Shown here one piece after another: positions 45,508-56,068 of a DNA stretch of 64,000 bases. Below the pieces are notes generated by a model that made no database searches, had not been told where the DNA came from, and was given only the letters and a program-made list of their open reading frames with translations. The stretch covers positions 20,668-84,667 of the forward strand of contig JAZDNO010000029.1 of assembly GCA_043799545.1 (NCBI GenBank), written 5' to 3'. The position numbers and the translations under genes are program-made. This DNA is from Methanobacteriota archaeon. GTDB lineage: Archaea > Thermoplasmatota > Thermoplasmata > SG8-5 > DAIRED01. The stretch's first letter is position 1, and the number at the start of each line of letters is the position of its first letter.

Positions 45508-48500
45508 ATGCAATCGGATCTCAGCACTGACACACACACAGGGCAGACCCACGACCAATCGGGCCAGCCCGAGGCAAGGCAAGCGAAAGCTGAGAGAAAG
45601 GAACCATCCAGCATTGCGGCAAGCCAAAGCTCGGCAGGGGCGAAGTTGCCGCGCAAGGACTTCAGGCACCACGCGGGGAAGGCCGTAAGCTACGTCCGAG
45701 GGACGTGGTTCGGGAGGAACTGGTACACGATAACCGTGCTGTTCTTCCTCGTCGTACTGGGATTGTTCGTCAGGTCGTACTTCGGCGTCCAGCCGGCGAC
45801 CCAGGACGGATTCCTGCTGTCTGGAGGTTCCGACTCTTACTACCACCAGCACGCCTACCTCTACGGATACGAAACAGGGCATCACCTGCACCTTGAGGAC
45901 ATGCTCAATTACCCGATGGGCACCAGGAACCCGCGTCCCCCGCTCTACGATTGGTCCATATTCATAGGCGGCGAGGCGCTATCTCCCTTCTTCGGCGGGG
46001 ACGCCATAGAATCGATGTGGTGGGTATTCATCTTCTCCACGGCATTCTGGGGCGCAATAACAGTAATACCGACGTATTTCCTGGCAAAGGAGGCCTTCGG
46101 GAAGAAGGCGGGTTACGTCGCAGCGTTCATGATTGCGATAATGCCGGGTCATATCCAGCGTAGCGTTTTGACCAACGCTGACCACGATGCCATTGCGCTT
46201 TTCTTCATAGTTACTGCTTTCTATTTCTTCCTCAAAGCGTTGAAGAATCTAAAGGCAGACGTTTACGTCGATTCCTGGCGCGATTTGAAAGGCGCAGCCG
46301 GAGGGCTCAGGCGCATGGTTTCGGAGAATCAGGTCTCGGCTCTGTTCGCGCTGCTGTCCGGTTTCTCTTTCCTTGCAGTCGCGCTTACCTGGCAGGGTTA
46401 CGCCTACATGCTGGTCATCGTGACGCTTTACTTCGCAATCCAGATACTCGTCAACAGATTCAGGAACGTCGATTCGATGGGCGTGATAATGGTCTACGGT
46501 ATTTCCGTAGGAATAATCACGCTGCTGGCATTCCCGTATTACTACCTGTCGGTTCAGATAGCGAGCTGGTACGATGCGCCGACGTACATGTTCCTCGGGG
46601 CGCTGGCCTTCGGCATGACCCTTCAAATCACGAGGAAGTATCCATGGCTGCTCGTCCTCTCGATTCTGACAATAGGCGGCGTCGTGGCCGTTCTGTCGCT
46701 TTACCTCTTTTGGGACTCGATGTACCACACCCTGATAGGGGCCATAGCCAGCGGTGCTGGATACTTCGTCAGGAACAAGCAGTACGAGACCATCGCGGAG
46801 GCGCAGGCTCCGCCGTTCAGCAACCTGGCGATGTCGTTCGGGGTCATGACTTTCTGGCTCTCCCTCGTTGGAATAGGGTACGCGATATACCAGCTTCCGA
46901 AGAAGCTCAAATTCGACTACATATTCATCGTGGTGTGGGCCACGACCTCGATATACATGGCAGTGAGCGCGGCGAGGTTCATGTTCAACGCCGCTCCGGC
47001 GTTCGCCGTCACCGCGGGTTGGATAATCGCGATAATCATTGCCAAGCTCGATTTGCGAGGAGCGTTGGAGCAGCAGAGGCGGAACGCGAGCGGGTTCAGC
47101 AACGACTGGACCGTCTTTCAAACATCTTTTGCAGTCGGTGTGATAATAGGGATTTCGGGTTTCGGGGCTTACCTATACATGGATAGCCTGGCTCCCCTCG
47201 CAATCGCGGCTGTCGCCCTTATGACCCTCGCCTACTCAGTCTATGCCTATGGGATGAGGGCAAAGTGGTACTTCTTCGCCCTCGGCCTTCTACCGATGGT
47301 GATAACCCTCGCCTTATACGCGACGGCCTACGACGGGTTCCACAAGACTGCGGACCACCTCGCCATCCCGCTAATCACTGCATTCGCCCTCGTCATACTT
47401 ATCGTACAGCTCAGGGGAGCAAAGCTCAGGACAACCGCCGGAGTTCTGTTCCTGGCGTTCCTCGTCGTACTGCCAAATGTCTGGGGCGGTGTCGATGCGG
47501 GGATACCGTATGAGGTGAAGTCCGATTACGATAAAAATATATACGATGCGATACCCAGCGCGTTCACCCCCGACAGTTACGATGCGCAGAATGGAACGAA
47601 CTGGTATCTTGGCGGATTTGGATACTCGCTGCCTTTGAATACGAGATATTACCCTGCGGCATACGATTGGCTTGCAACGCAGGACGATGGGATATACCCT
47701 GTGGCAAACCGTCCCGCGTACCTGAGCTGGTGGGATTACGGTTTCGAAGCGGTCAACGAGGGCCAGCACCCGACCGTCGCGGACAACTTCCTTGGCGGTC
47801 ACCAGCTGGCAGGCAACTTCATCATGGCGCAGAACGAATCGAACGCGGTGGCATTGATGACCATCAGGATGATTGAGGCGGATTGGGCGCGAAACAGGAA
47901 CTCCATCAAATGGGGAGACCCGAGCATCGAGGGTTTCTTCAGCCCTGAGTTGCTAAACGTGTTCGAATCGCACGGTCTCGACCCCGATATTTTCGCAAAC
48001 ATGATTAAGAACCCGAGCGAATACGTCGACTACATCAAGGCGCACCCGGAGATATACTCGCCCAGGGACTCCGTCATCCAGGATGTCAACGCTCTGTACC
48101 TGGCCGCAATGGGATACATCTCGATGTCCAGGAACACCGACGGCGTTGTGTCCCTGTACCACGATGTCAGCGAGGCGACCGGCTGGTCGATACGCTACTT
48201 CGCGATAGACAGCAGGCTTTTCCCGTTCTCAGGCGACAACACGGGCATCTTCTACGCTCCGGCCAAGCTTTCTGACCACAGGATAAAAGAACCTAACCAG
48301 CCATACGACTTCTTCGAGATAAAGGCTGTCGGGGAGTACGGCGGCGAATACTCCTTGGAGGAAATCCCGGATGACGTCAGGGTCGTCGATTACAAACTTC
48401 AATACAATGACATGTTTTACAAGACGATGCTCTACAAGTGCTTCGTCGGGTACAGCGGCGCGGACATAGGCGGAACAAACGCCGACGGAATCCCCGGGCT

Positions 48501-51500
48501 CAACGGTACCCTGGAAAGCAACGAGCCGATGCAAGGCTGGAACATGACCCATTTCAGGAGGGTCTACAGGACTGCCTATTACAATCCGTATCCCAGCGAG
48601 GAAGTGCGCAACCACTCCGATGCCTGGCGAGCCATGAACTTCGACGAAGCAGCGAAGCTCCAGCAAGACATCCAGGCCGGAAAGGCGACAGGCGTCGTCG
48701 ACGGCAGCGCCCGCTCGTCAATGTACCAGGGAGTCACATTCCTCAAGTATTACGATGGTGCGATCGTAAGCGGGCGAGTCGCTTTGCCGGATGGCACGCC
48801 ACTTCCGGGGGCGCACGTCACAGTGTATGACGAATACGGCATCCCCCACAACATCGTAACCACTGACCAGGATGGTAAATATCAGCTGATAGCGCCGTTC
48901 GGCAACGTTTCCGTCGTCGTATCGACCGGAGCGCTCACAATGGACAAGCTCGTGGGCACGGAACTCAACGGCACGCAGTTCTTCGTCAGGGACGACCAGG
49001 CGATGCGCGAGAATGTGGACCAGGACGCCAACGGCGTTTGGGACTACTACATCACCAAAGACATCCAGGTAAACGGCGGAAACCTGACCGGCGTCGTATT
49101 CGCGGATGCGGATTCCGACAGCACGTACAGCCCGAACGATTATTACCTGAGGGGGGCGCTGGTCACCGCGACCCCGGTTTCGAGCGGCGAGGCCGCCACG
49201 GCCATAGTTGCCGAGAACGGCACCTACACATTCTCATCTCTGCCTCCCGGCAGCTACAGGGTCAACATTTCCCTGTTTGGCTACGAGCTGGTCAATCAGA
49301 CCACCGTCGATGTCGGAGGAACCGCCTCGGGGACCCAGGATTTTCCTGTCAAAACGGCACTTATTTCGGGGTATGTTCTTCAGTACAACCAGGCCCCGGC
49401 TGTCAACGCGACAGTCGCAATATCCGACGAACTCACAAACATTGTGGACATAATAGATACAGAGGAGAGCGGATATTACAACACATCCCTGATTCCCGGA
49501 CGCTATTACATCATGTCGAATACAAAGGGCGGGGATTGGAGCCAGACGAGGACAATTGAAGTCAAGGGAAGCTTCAACATGTCTGTGAACATAACCGTAT
49601 ACCACTCGGTCCTGATAAGTGGAATCGTCAAAGCCGGGAGCGCCCCAGCAGCAAACGTCTCCGTGTCTCTTTTCAACCTTCGCCAGCAAAACCAGGATAT
49701 TTCCATTTTAACGGACAGCAGCGGCAGATTCAGCCAATACATTCCATACGGCGACTACATGGCGTACGCCTCTTTCCGAACGGCAGACGGCAGGGGATAT
49801 GCATACTTGAAGAAACTGTTGGTAGACGGCAACCTCAACAACCTGACCTTGGAAATGTCCCGCTCCGGCAGGATATACGGCATGGCGAAGGACAGAAGCG
49901 GGATTCCGGCGCAAAACGCGAAGCTCTCGTTCCACGGAGAAGGTTTGTACAGGGCGACCACGAATTCCACTGGCGGCTATTCCGTGCTCCTGCCTGCAGG
50001 CAACTACGCGGTCCATATGGAACTCGCGACGATGGATGGGATTTCACTCACATCTGTAAACGTACCGGCCGGTGGGACAGCCCACCATGACATGACAGGC
50101 CGCGCTGGATTGCAGGTATCGGGGACCGTCTTCAAGGACCTAGACGGAGACGGGCTAGCGGGCCAGAACGAATCGCTGCCGTTCTCCAAGGTCACCTTTT
50201 ATGCGGCATCCGAGTCAGGAATATCGTTGCCATTCTATACGGATGACGCTGGTGCATTCAGCGGCATCGTTCCGTCGAGTGAAACGTACATAATAGTTTC
50301 AGAGAGCGCTGGTTACACGGCGGTGATGTATGGCCCTCTCGACAAGAAAACGGCCCAGGCGACTCAGAGTTTCCCCATGGACAAAGGCGCCGTCAGGGTC
50401 AGCGGGATGGTCACGGATTTGTCTTCCGAAGCTCCGTTAGGCGGGCAGACCATCAGATTCCAACCTCAATACGGTTCGGAAATTTTTGTCCCGGTTCTGG
50501 CAGACGGAACGTATTATATCGACCTCGCGCCTGGCTTGGTCGATGCCAGTATCAACTGGGACGTCTCAGGTGACGGTTCTATGGACGAGGTATACCAGTT
50601 CGCGATGGAGACCGTCAGGTTGGACGTCGGCGTTGGAATGGCGGGCATCGAAATCGATTTCCAGGCGGTCAAACGCGTCAGAGTAAACATCTCCGCGACG
50701 AGCCTAGGCAACAACATCAGTGCAGACGTGGAATTCATCGGGCCCGAGGAATACCAGTATTCCATCCAGAATCCCGAGGGCGAAGATGTCTACCTAATGC
50801 CCGGAGAGTACGCGATGGTGGCCCGATACACACCGGAATCCGCGGGAAACGTCACATTGGACGAACGGATGGCCTTCTTGAATCAGACGTTGTCCAAGGG
50901 CACAAACATCACCTTCAACCTCTCGGCAACAATCTCTTTGAAAGGCACCGTGCGCTACTCGGGAACTGCCAAACCCGGAATGAACATCACGTTGACGGAT
51001 GTAGAAACTGGAGTGGCCATTTGGGGAAATTCCTCCGAGACTGGGCAGTACGAAATCCGGACCCTCCCTAGCCGAGTTTACAAGCTCGCGGTCAACCAGA
51101 GCATGAACGAGCCTTCCAGCCTTGCGCTGAGGCAATACCTGTATGTCGCAGAACAAACGGTAAATATGAGCGCCTCCGGGATTCTTGTGATCAACCTGGA
51201 CCTTGTGCGGTCGATGGACAACGCAACCGTAGCCGGAGCGCTGGATTCGAGGGGGTATGGTTCTCAAAGGCTCGATTTCATATCCGCCGACAACTCGGCC
51301 ATCGATGCCAAAGCCACGGTGGGAGAGGACGGGCGGTTTTCCATCGGGCTCGCGCCTGGCGAATACTTCCTATACGCTTATGATTCAGCGGAAAAGAAGG
51401 TAGCGCTTCAAAAGCTCAACGTGACGACCGAGGGCGTATCGAACCTTACAATATCCATGGTCGGTGGCTTGAAACTCTCCGGCAACCTCTACTTCAGGGA

Positions 51501-52584
51501 TTCGACGCCTGTGGAGACTAACGTCACGATTTTGGTCGGCGGTCAATCCAAGCTCAGCGTGTACTCTTCAGCGGGCTATTACGAAATCTGGCTTCCCACG
51601 GGGTCTTACAACATAAGCGCGCAGCGCAACGTAACTGAATTCAGCACAGACGTGTTGTACACGTACAATGCGACGGTGGCGCTCTCCAGCAACCTGAGGT
51701 ACAACATTCAGCTGGCCAGGCAGGACAGATACGGTGCAAGGATAGACTGGAACCCCGCGCAGAACGTGCCAGTTGCGCCAGGAGCGAACCAGACATACTC
51801 ATTCACGCTCACCAACACAGGCAACCTCGTCGACACCTACGTGATGGATGTCCTTGGTGACGATGGATGGATCCTTTCGGTCAGTATGAAGGAGGTCACC
51901 CTCGTTCCAGGAGCGAGCGCGTCTATGCTGCTCAACATGACGATTCCCGAGAAAGTGAAGGTCGAGCACGTTCCAATGACGGTGACGGCCGAGTCGAAGG
52001 GCAACCCGGCAGGCGCGGCCGTCTCGAAGGAGATGGAGGTCAACACAACTCAGCGCCACGAAGTCTCGTTCACGCCTACTGCCATCCCTCCGGTCGAGAA
52101 GGCCGACGGTTACTCTTTCGCAATTTCAATAACCAATTCAGGGAACGGCAAGGATATATACGACGTATCCGTCGCGAACATCGAAGACCTGGCTGAAAAG
52201 GGATGGGGCATAGATTGGAACGCCAGCGCAGCGGTCGCGGAAAATGCCAACGGGACGGTGCTGAAAGGCGTGTCCGTGGATTCCAATGCCAGCGTGGAGC
52301 TAAGATTCACACTCGTAAGGAACGTGACTTCGGCTGTGCCCCCAAGCGAGGTAATCCTCTATGTTCGTTCAATCGCAGAGCCTAACGCCTTTGCCACGTA
52401 CATAGTGGACGTGCGTTCCGGCGTGGCTGTAGAGGGCGCAAGCGTTCCGTCCGCTTCAGGCGACGTCGTGGCGGACATAAATCCCGCCACCGGACATCTC
52501 ACGGACGCCATCGGAGCGTTCTCCGCTGTCGGAATAATACTAGTCACTTACTATTACATGAGGAGAAGGAGGTGGCTGTCATGA
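45508..52584 (+). CDS. aglB: Oligosaccharyltransferase AglB (STT3) with very long C-terminal extension of carboxypeptidase-regulatory-like repeats and a TM anchor
   Basis: GSDSYYH, RPPL(Y)DW, DHDA, TIAEAQ, SWWDYG, VADNF; repeated G.V..ANV..TD.SG.Y units; C-terminal TM. Confidence 0.92.
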   Translation: MQSDLSTDTHTGQTHDQSGQPEARQAKAERKEPSSIAASQSSAGAKLPRKDFRHHAGKAVSYVRGTWFGRNWYTITVLFFLVVLGLFVRSYFGVQPATQDGFLLSGGSDSYYHQHAYLYGYETGHHLHLEDMLNYPMGTRNPRPPLYDWSIFIGGEALSPFFGGDAIESMWWVFIFSTAFWGAITVIPTYFLAKEAFGKKAGYVAAFMIAIMPGHIQRSVLTNADHDAIALFFIVTAFYFFLKALKNLKADVYVDSWRDLKGAAGGLRRMVSENQVSALFALLSGFSFLAVALTWQGYAYMLVIVTLYFAIQILVNRFRNVDSMGVIMVYGISVGIITLLAFPYYYLSVQIASWYDAPTYMFLGALAFGMTLQITRKYPWLLVLSILTIGGVVAVLSLYLFWDSMYHTLIGAIASGAGYFVRNKQYETIAEAQAPPFSNLAMSFGVMTFWLSLVGIGYAIYQLPKKLKFDYIFIVVWATTSIYMAVSAARFMFNAAPAFAVTAGWIIAIIIAKLDLRGALEQQRRNASGFSNDWTVFQTSFAVGVIIGISGFGAYLYMDSLAPLAIAAVALMTLAYSVYAYGMRAKWYFFALGLLPMVITLALYATAYDGFHKTADHLAIPLITAFALVILIVQLRGAKLRTTAGVLFLAFLVVLPNVWGGVDAGIPYEVKSDYDKNIYDAIPSAFTPDSYDAQNGTNWYLGGFGYSLPLNTRYYPAAYDWLATQDDGIYPVANRPAYLSWWDYGFEAVNEGQHPTVADNFLGGHQLAGNFIMAQNESNAVALMTIRMIEADWARNRNSIKWGDPSIEGFFSPELLNVFESHGLDPDIFANMIKNPSEYVDYIKAHPEIYSPRDSVIQDVNALYLAAMGYISMSRNTDGVVSLYHDVSEATGWSIRYFAIDSRLFPFSGDNTGIFYAPAKLSDHRIKEPNQPYDFFEIKAVGEYGGEYSLEEIPDDVRVVDYKLQYNDMFYKTMLYKCFVGYSGADIGGTNADGIPGLNGTLESNEPMQGWNMTHFRRVYRTAYYNPYPSEEVRNHSDAWRAMNFDEAAKLQQDIQAGKATGVVDGSARSSMYQGVTFLKYYDGAIVSGRVALPDGTPLPGAHVTVYDEYGIPHNIVTTDQDGKYQLIAPFGNVSVVVSTGALTMDKLVGTELNGTQFFVRDDQAMRENVDQDANGVWDYYITKDIQVNGGNLTGVVFADADSDSTYSPNDYYLRGALVTATPVSSGEAATAIVAENGTYTFSSLPPGSYRVNISLFGYELVNQTTVDVGGTASGTQDFPVKTALISGYVLQYNQAPAVNATVAISDELTNIVDIIDTEESGYYNTSLIPGRYYIMSNTKGGDWSQTRTIEVKGSFNMSVNITVYHSVLISGIVKAGSAPAANVSVSLFNLRQQNQDISILTDSSGRFSQYIPYGDYMAYASFRTADGRGYAYLKKLLVDGNLNNLTLEMSRSGRIYGMAKDRSGIPAQNAKLSFHGEGLYRATTNSTGGYSVLLPAGNYAVHMELATMDGISLTSVNVPAGGTAHHDMTGRAGLQVSGTVFKDLDGDGLAGQNESLPFSKVTFYAASESGISLPFYTDDAGAFSGIVPSSETYIIVSESAGYTAVMYGPLDKKTAQATQSFPMDKGAVRVSGMVTDLSSEAPLGGQTIRFQPQYGSEIFVPVLADGTYYIDLAPGLVDASINWDVSGDGSMDEVYQFAMETVRLDVGVGMAGIEIDFQAVKRVRVNISATSLGNNISADVEFIGPEEYQYSIQNPEGEDVYLMPGEYAMVARYTPESAGNVTLDERMAFLNQTLSKGTNITFNLSATISLKGTVRYSGTAKPGMNITLTDVETGVAIWGNSSETGQYEIRTLPSRVYKLAVNQSMNEPSSLALRQYLYVAEQTVNMSASGILVINLDLVRSMDNATVAGALDSRGYGSQRLDFISADNSAIDAKATVGEDGRFSIGLAPGEYFLYAYDSAEKKVALQKLNVTTEGVSNLTISMVGGLKLSGNLYFRDSTPVETNVTILVGGQSKLSVYSSAGYYEIWLPTGSYNISAQRNVTEFSTDVLYTYNATVALSSNLRYNIQLARQDRYGARIDWNPAQNVPVAPGANQTYSFTLTNTGNLVDTYVMDVLGDDGWILSVSMKEVTLVPGASASMLLNMTIPEKVKVEHVPMTVTAESKGNPAGAAVSKEMEVNTTQRHEVSFTPTAIPPVEKADGYSFAISITNSGNGKDIYDVSVANIEDLAEKGWGIDWNASAAVAENANGTVLKGVSVDSNASVELRFTLVRNVTSAVPPSEVILYVRSIAEPNAFATYIVDVRSGVAVEGASVPSASGDVVADINPATGHLTDAIGAFSAVGIILVTYYYMRRRRWLS

Positions 52585-53348
52585 AGCTGACGCAGTTGTT
52601 GTTGGTCGCGACGGTCGCCAGCATGTTAGTTATTGCGGCGTCGCCCCTTTCAGCGAGGGCCGACGGGGGCGCGAACCTGCGCCTTTACATCAAGGGCGCG
52701 GACGTGGCGGGCATCGGCTCGGGCATGGCCTACGAAGTCGTCGTAATAGGCGCTGACACGGGTACGTGGAAGTACGATTACTATTTGCTGGGAAACAACC
52801 TCACGGGTGCGAACCCCATCAAATCCAGCCCAAACACAGGCAACATTTCAGGCACGTCGTTCTCCGCAACAGTCACGATGCCGAGCGTCACGGGGACTGT
52901 CGAACTGCTTGTGAACATCAGCTCCACAAGCTCGGCTACGCCTCTCTGGCAGACCGTAATCAAGAAAATCGACGTCGTCAAATCCATCAACCTCGTATGC
53001 CAGGTGAAGAACCCCACGATGACGGACATGAACAGCATACCGTACCACGTATACGTGGACGGAGTGATGACGGACAACAGCACCCTCGAAACACTGGCTG
53101 CCGGCTCGACCGTTAACGTGAGCTCGGAATGGTACGTCAAGGATCCCGCCGAAGGTGCGCACGAGGCCGTGTACAAGTTCGACGTCGACGGGGACGGAGT
53201 TTTCGGCTCTAACGGCGACCTGGTCGTCTCGTTCACGTTCTACACCAAGGCGCAGAGCACGAACATCGCGCTGGTAATGACCGTAGTGGGCGCATTGGCG
53301 GCGCTGGGCATCGGGCTGATACTCATAAAGCGCAAGAGCTTCAAGTGA
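52581..53348 (+). CDS. Exported Ig-like/CARDB-like protein with C-terminal TM anchor
   Basis: Signal peptide, beta-rich body, TM plus KRKSFK; overlaps the aglB stop. Confidence 0.75.
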   Translation: MKLTQLLLVATVASMLVIAASPLSARADGGANLRLYIKGADVAGIGSGMAYEVVVIGADTGTWKYDYYLLGNNLTGANPIKSSPNTGNISGTSFSATVTMPSVTGTVELLVNISSTSSATPLWQTVIKKIDVVKSINLVCQVKNPTMTDMNSIPYHVYVDGVMTDNSTLETLAAGSTVNVSSEWYVKDPAEGAHEAVYKFDVDGDGVFGSNGDLVVSFTFYTKAQSTNIALVMTVVGALAALGIGLILIKRKSFK

Positions 53349-53353
53349 TGCAG

Positions 53354-53515
53354 ATGGCAAAGATGGTTTGCACCATATGCGGATGGGTTTACGACCCGGA
53401 ACAAGGAGGACCCGCCAAAGGCGTCAAACCGGGAACTGGTTTCGACCGCTTGCCACCGGATTTCAGGTGCCCGAAGTGCGGCGCGGCGAAGAAGTGGTTC
53501 AAAGAAATGCAGTGA
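53354..53515 (+). CDS. Rubredoxin (not in ORF track)
   Basis: Manual translation MAKMVCTICGWVYDPEQG..GVKPGTGFDRLPPDFRCPKCGAAKKWF; alternative ATG 53348 overlaps the upstream TGA. Confidence 0.93.
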   Translation: MAKMVCTICGWVYDPEQGGPAKGVKPGTGFDRLPPDFRCPKCGAAKKWFKEMQ

Positions 53516-53521
53516 CCGCTT

Positions 53522-53788
53522 TCACTTGTCCATGCGCGGCCTATCAGACCTCTGAAGCGCCTTGGATTCCTCCAATATCATCGCGTAGAGAGCTCCTGTG
53601 AAATCTGGGCGGAGAAGCCCGATCGACTTTGCGCGGACGCTCCTCAGGACCTCGGCTTCTCTCTCGTGGTCTTCGACTTTCTCCTTCGCGCGACACGCCA
53701 ACAAGGCGAGCTCGAACCGCCGGCCCAACGCTCCCAGTATCTCGGTGTCGACGCGGTCTATCTCCTTTCGAATCAGTTCCAGTTCCAT
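53522..53788 (-). CDS. aroQ: Chorismate mutase (AroQ type, monofunctional)
   Basis: LELIRKEIDRVD.EIL..L.RRFELA, D.EREAEVL, ILEES. Confidence 0.88.
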   Translation of the reverse strand: MELELIRKEIDRVDTEILGALGRRFELALLACRAKEKVEDHEREAEVLRSVRAKSIGLLRPDFTGALYAMILEESKALQRSDRPRMDK

Positions 53789-53792
53789 GGTC

Positions 53793-54788
53793 TCAACTCC
53801 TGGCCACCCTTGGCCGCTCCTGGTTAATCAGCATGAGGTCCGCAAGCACTATCGCTGTTACTGCCTCGACTACAACTGGCACCCTCAACGCTATGCAAGC
53901 GTCGTGCCTGCCCGAGTAGGCTGCAATCGTTGGCTTGCCGGTGCGCGTATCTAACGTGTGCCTTGGTTTCTTGATGGTCGAAGTCGGCTTGACGGCGATT
54001 CTGAGAACCAGCTCGTTCCCGTTCGTAATTCCGCCGTGGATGCCTCCGGCGTGGTTCGTCAGGGTTTTGCCGTCCGCGCTCGCGTATTCGTCGGAGCACT
54101 CGCTCCCGAGCATTCTAGCGGCCCCGAAGCCAGCACCGAACTCCACGCCCTTGACCGCGGGTATTGCGAAGAGCGCGTGGCTCAGGACGGACTCGACCGT
54201 GTCGAAGAAAGGCTCCCCCAGTCCGACCGGCAGGCCTTTCGCCCTGCACTCCACTAACCCACCTATCGAGTCTCCTGCCTCCATTGCGCACTTCAACGCC
54301 TTTTCGCCGCGAACCTTGCCCCCGGCCTCTACCAACCTGGCTTCAATCATTGCCGGGCGGGCAATCTTCTTGGCCACCACTCCAGCGGCAACGAGAGGCA
54401 GGGTCAACCGCCCGGAGAAATGCCCCCCTCCGCGGTGGTCGTTGTATCCTCCGTACTTCGCCATCGCTACAAAGTCGGCATGGCCTGGCCTGGGTAGGTT
54501 TTTCATATTGTCGTAGGCCGAGCCATCCGCGTCCTCGTTTTCAAAGAGGATTAGAAGAGGGGCGCCAGTCGTCCTGCCTTGGAGCACACCGCTCATTATC
54601 TTCGGCGCGTCGCTCTCGCGCCTCGATGTGGTGCCCTTGGCGCCGGGCTTGCGCCTGGCAATGTCTTTGGTAAAATCTCTCTCTGCCAACTTCATCCCTG
54701 CCGGGCAACCGTGCAAGAGCGCTCCGACGCATTCGCCGTGCGACTCTCCCAGAACCGACACTCTGAAAATCCTTCCGATGGTGTTCAT
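53793..54788 (-). CDS. aroC: Chorismate synthase
   Basis: GESHG..GALLHGCPAG, RPGHAD, GGGHFSGRLT, AIPAVKGVEFG, NHAGGIHGGI, RHDACIA. Start trimmed to ATG 54788. Confidence 0.95.
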   Translation of the reverse strand: MNTIGRIFRVSVLGESHGECVGALLHGCPAGMKLAERDFTKDIARRKPGAKGTTSRRESDAPKIMSGVLQGRTTGAPLLILFENEDADGSAYDNMKNLPRPGHADFVAMAKYGGYNDHRGGGHFSGRLTLPLVAAGVVAKKIARPAMIEARLVEAGGKVRGEKALKCAMEAGDSIGGLVECRAKGLPVGLGEPFFDTVESVLSHALFAIPAVKGVEFGAGFGAARMLGSECSDEYASADGKTLTNHAGGIHGGITNGNELVLRIAVKPTSTIKKPRHTLDTRTGKPTIAAYSGRHDACIALRVPVVVEAVTAIVLADLMLINQERPRVARS

Positions 54789-56068
54789 TTCATCACCTTC
54801 AACCTTGCCAAATCCCCGAAGAATCCTGGGTAGGACTTCGAGACGCACCCGTGGCCCTTTATCGCGACCCCCTTCTCGGACACCAGCCCAGCGACTACGA
54901 GCGCCATCGCAATCCTGTGGTCGCCCTCGGAATCTGCCGCTCCCCCCCGAAGGTAGAACTGGCTGGATGCGCTCGTTCCAAAATGGCTTCCCCGCACAAT
55001 CATCGTATCGTCCCTGACATGGATGTCCGCGCCGAGCCCGCTTAACTGGCGGCAAAGAGCTTCCGCCCTGTCGCTCTCCTTCGCCCTCAGCCGCCTCGCG
55101 CCCTTGATGCGGCTGGTCCCCCTGCACCCCACAGCTAGAACCGCCAGCGGAGGAAACAAGTCGGGGCAGTCCGTCGCGTCGAAGTCGAATCCCTCGAGCA
55201 CTGCGCTCGCGACTGTTACCGAGCTACGAACGGTCTCGACCTCGGCGCCGGCCTCTTTCAGCGCTCCCACGATTGCCCTGTCGGCCTGGAGAGACTTCGA
55301 ATCCAGGTTGCCTACAGTAACCCTGCCGGCGAGCGCGCCTGCCACTAGGAGGAACGCCGCCCCGGACCAGTCGCCTTCTATCGCGACCCGGGCGGGTTTG
55401 AGCTGCCGTCCGCCTTCGATTTCAAAGGAAGAGAGCCCTTCGTCGCAAACGATTTTCGCGCCGAATATACTGGCGGTATCGCTTGTCATCCTAACGTATG
55501 GTTTGCTCTTCAGATTCGACACGGACAGCTCGGAATCTTCGGGACAAACCGGAAGCGCCATCAGCAGGCCGGACAGGAATTGCGAGCCGTGCGAACAATC
55601 CAGCGCCGCCCTCCCGCCCTTCATCGGGCCGCTCACTTTTGCGGGCAGAAGCCCGCCAGTCAAGCCGCATTTGGCGCCGAGGCTCCTCATCGGCCCTTCG
55701 ACAGGCCCGATTGGCCGGCTCGCCAGTGTCCCACTGCCCGTCACCTTGAATTTACCGTCGTAGGTCGCCGAGAGCGGTATCGACACCCGAGCGCAGAAAC
55801 CCGATTCCGCGCAATCAAGCGCCGCACCGATTGGTTTTGATGAGAGTCCGTCCACGACCAGCCGGCCTTTCGCGGCGCCAACTTTCGCGCCGAGCATCCT
55901 CGCGATGCGGATTGCCGACGCAGCGTCATAGCACGTTGATGGAGAGAGGATAGTCGATTGCCCGTCCGCCAGCGAAGCCAGGAGAACGGCGCGCTGAGTC
56001 AGGCTTTTCGACGGGGGTGCACGCACCGTGCCGCAGACTTCACATGGCTTCACGCGTTTCAAAGGCAA
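54785..56068 (-). CDS. aroA: 3-phosphoshikimate 1-carboxyvinyltransferase (EPSP synthase)
   Basis: PPSKSLTQRA, ESG, SQFLSGLL, SKPYV.MT, EGDWSGA, RAKESDR, DHRIAMA, VSKSYPGF. Confidence 0.95.
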   Translation of the reverse strand: MPLKRVKPCEVCGTVRAPPSKSLTQRAVLLASLADGQSTILSPSTCYDAASAIRIARMLGAKVGAAKGRLVVDGLSSKPIGAALDCAESGFCARVSIPLSATYDGKFKVTGSGTLASRPIGPVEGPMRSLGAKCGLTGGLLPAKVSGPMKGGRAALDCSHGSQFLSGLLMALPVCPEDSELSVSNLKSKPYVRMTSDTASIFGAKIVCDEGLSSFEIEGGRQLKPARVAIEGDWSGAAFLLVAGALAGRVTVGNLDSKSLQADRAIVGALKEAGAEVETVRSSVTVASAVLEGFDFDATDCPDLFPPLAVLAVGCRGTSRIKGARRLRAKESDRAEALCRQLSGLGADIHVRDDTMIVRGSHFGTSASSQFYLRGGAADSEGDHRIAMALVVAGLVSEKGVAIKGHGCVSKSYPGFFGDLARLKVMK

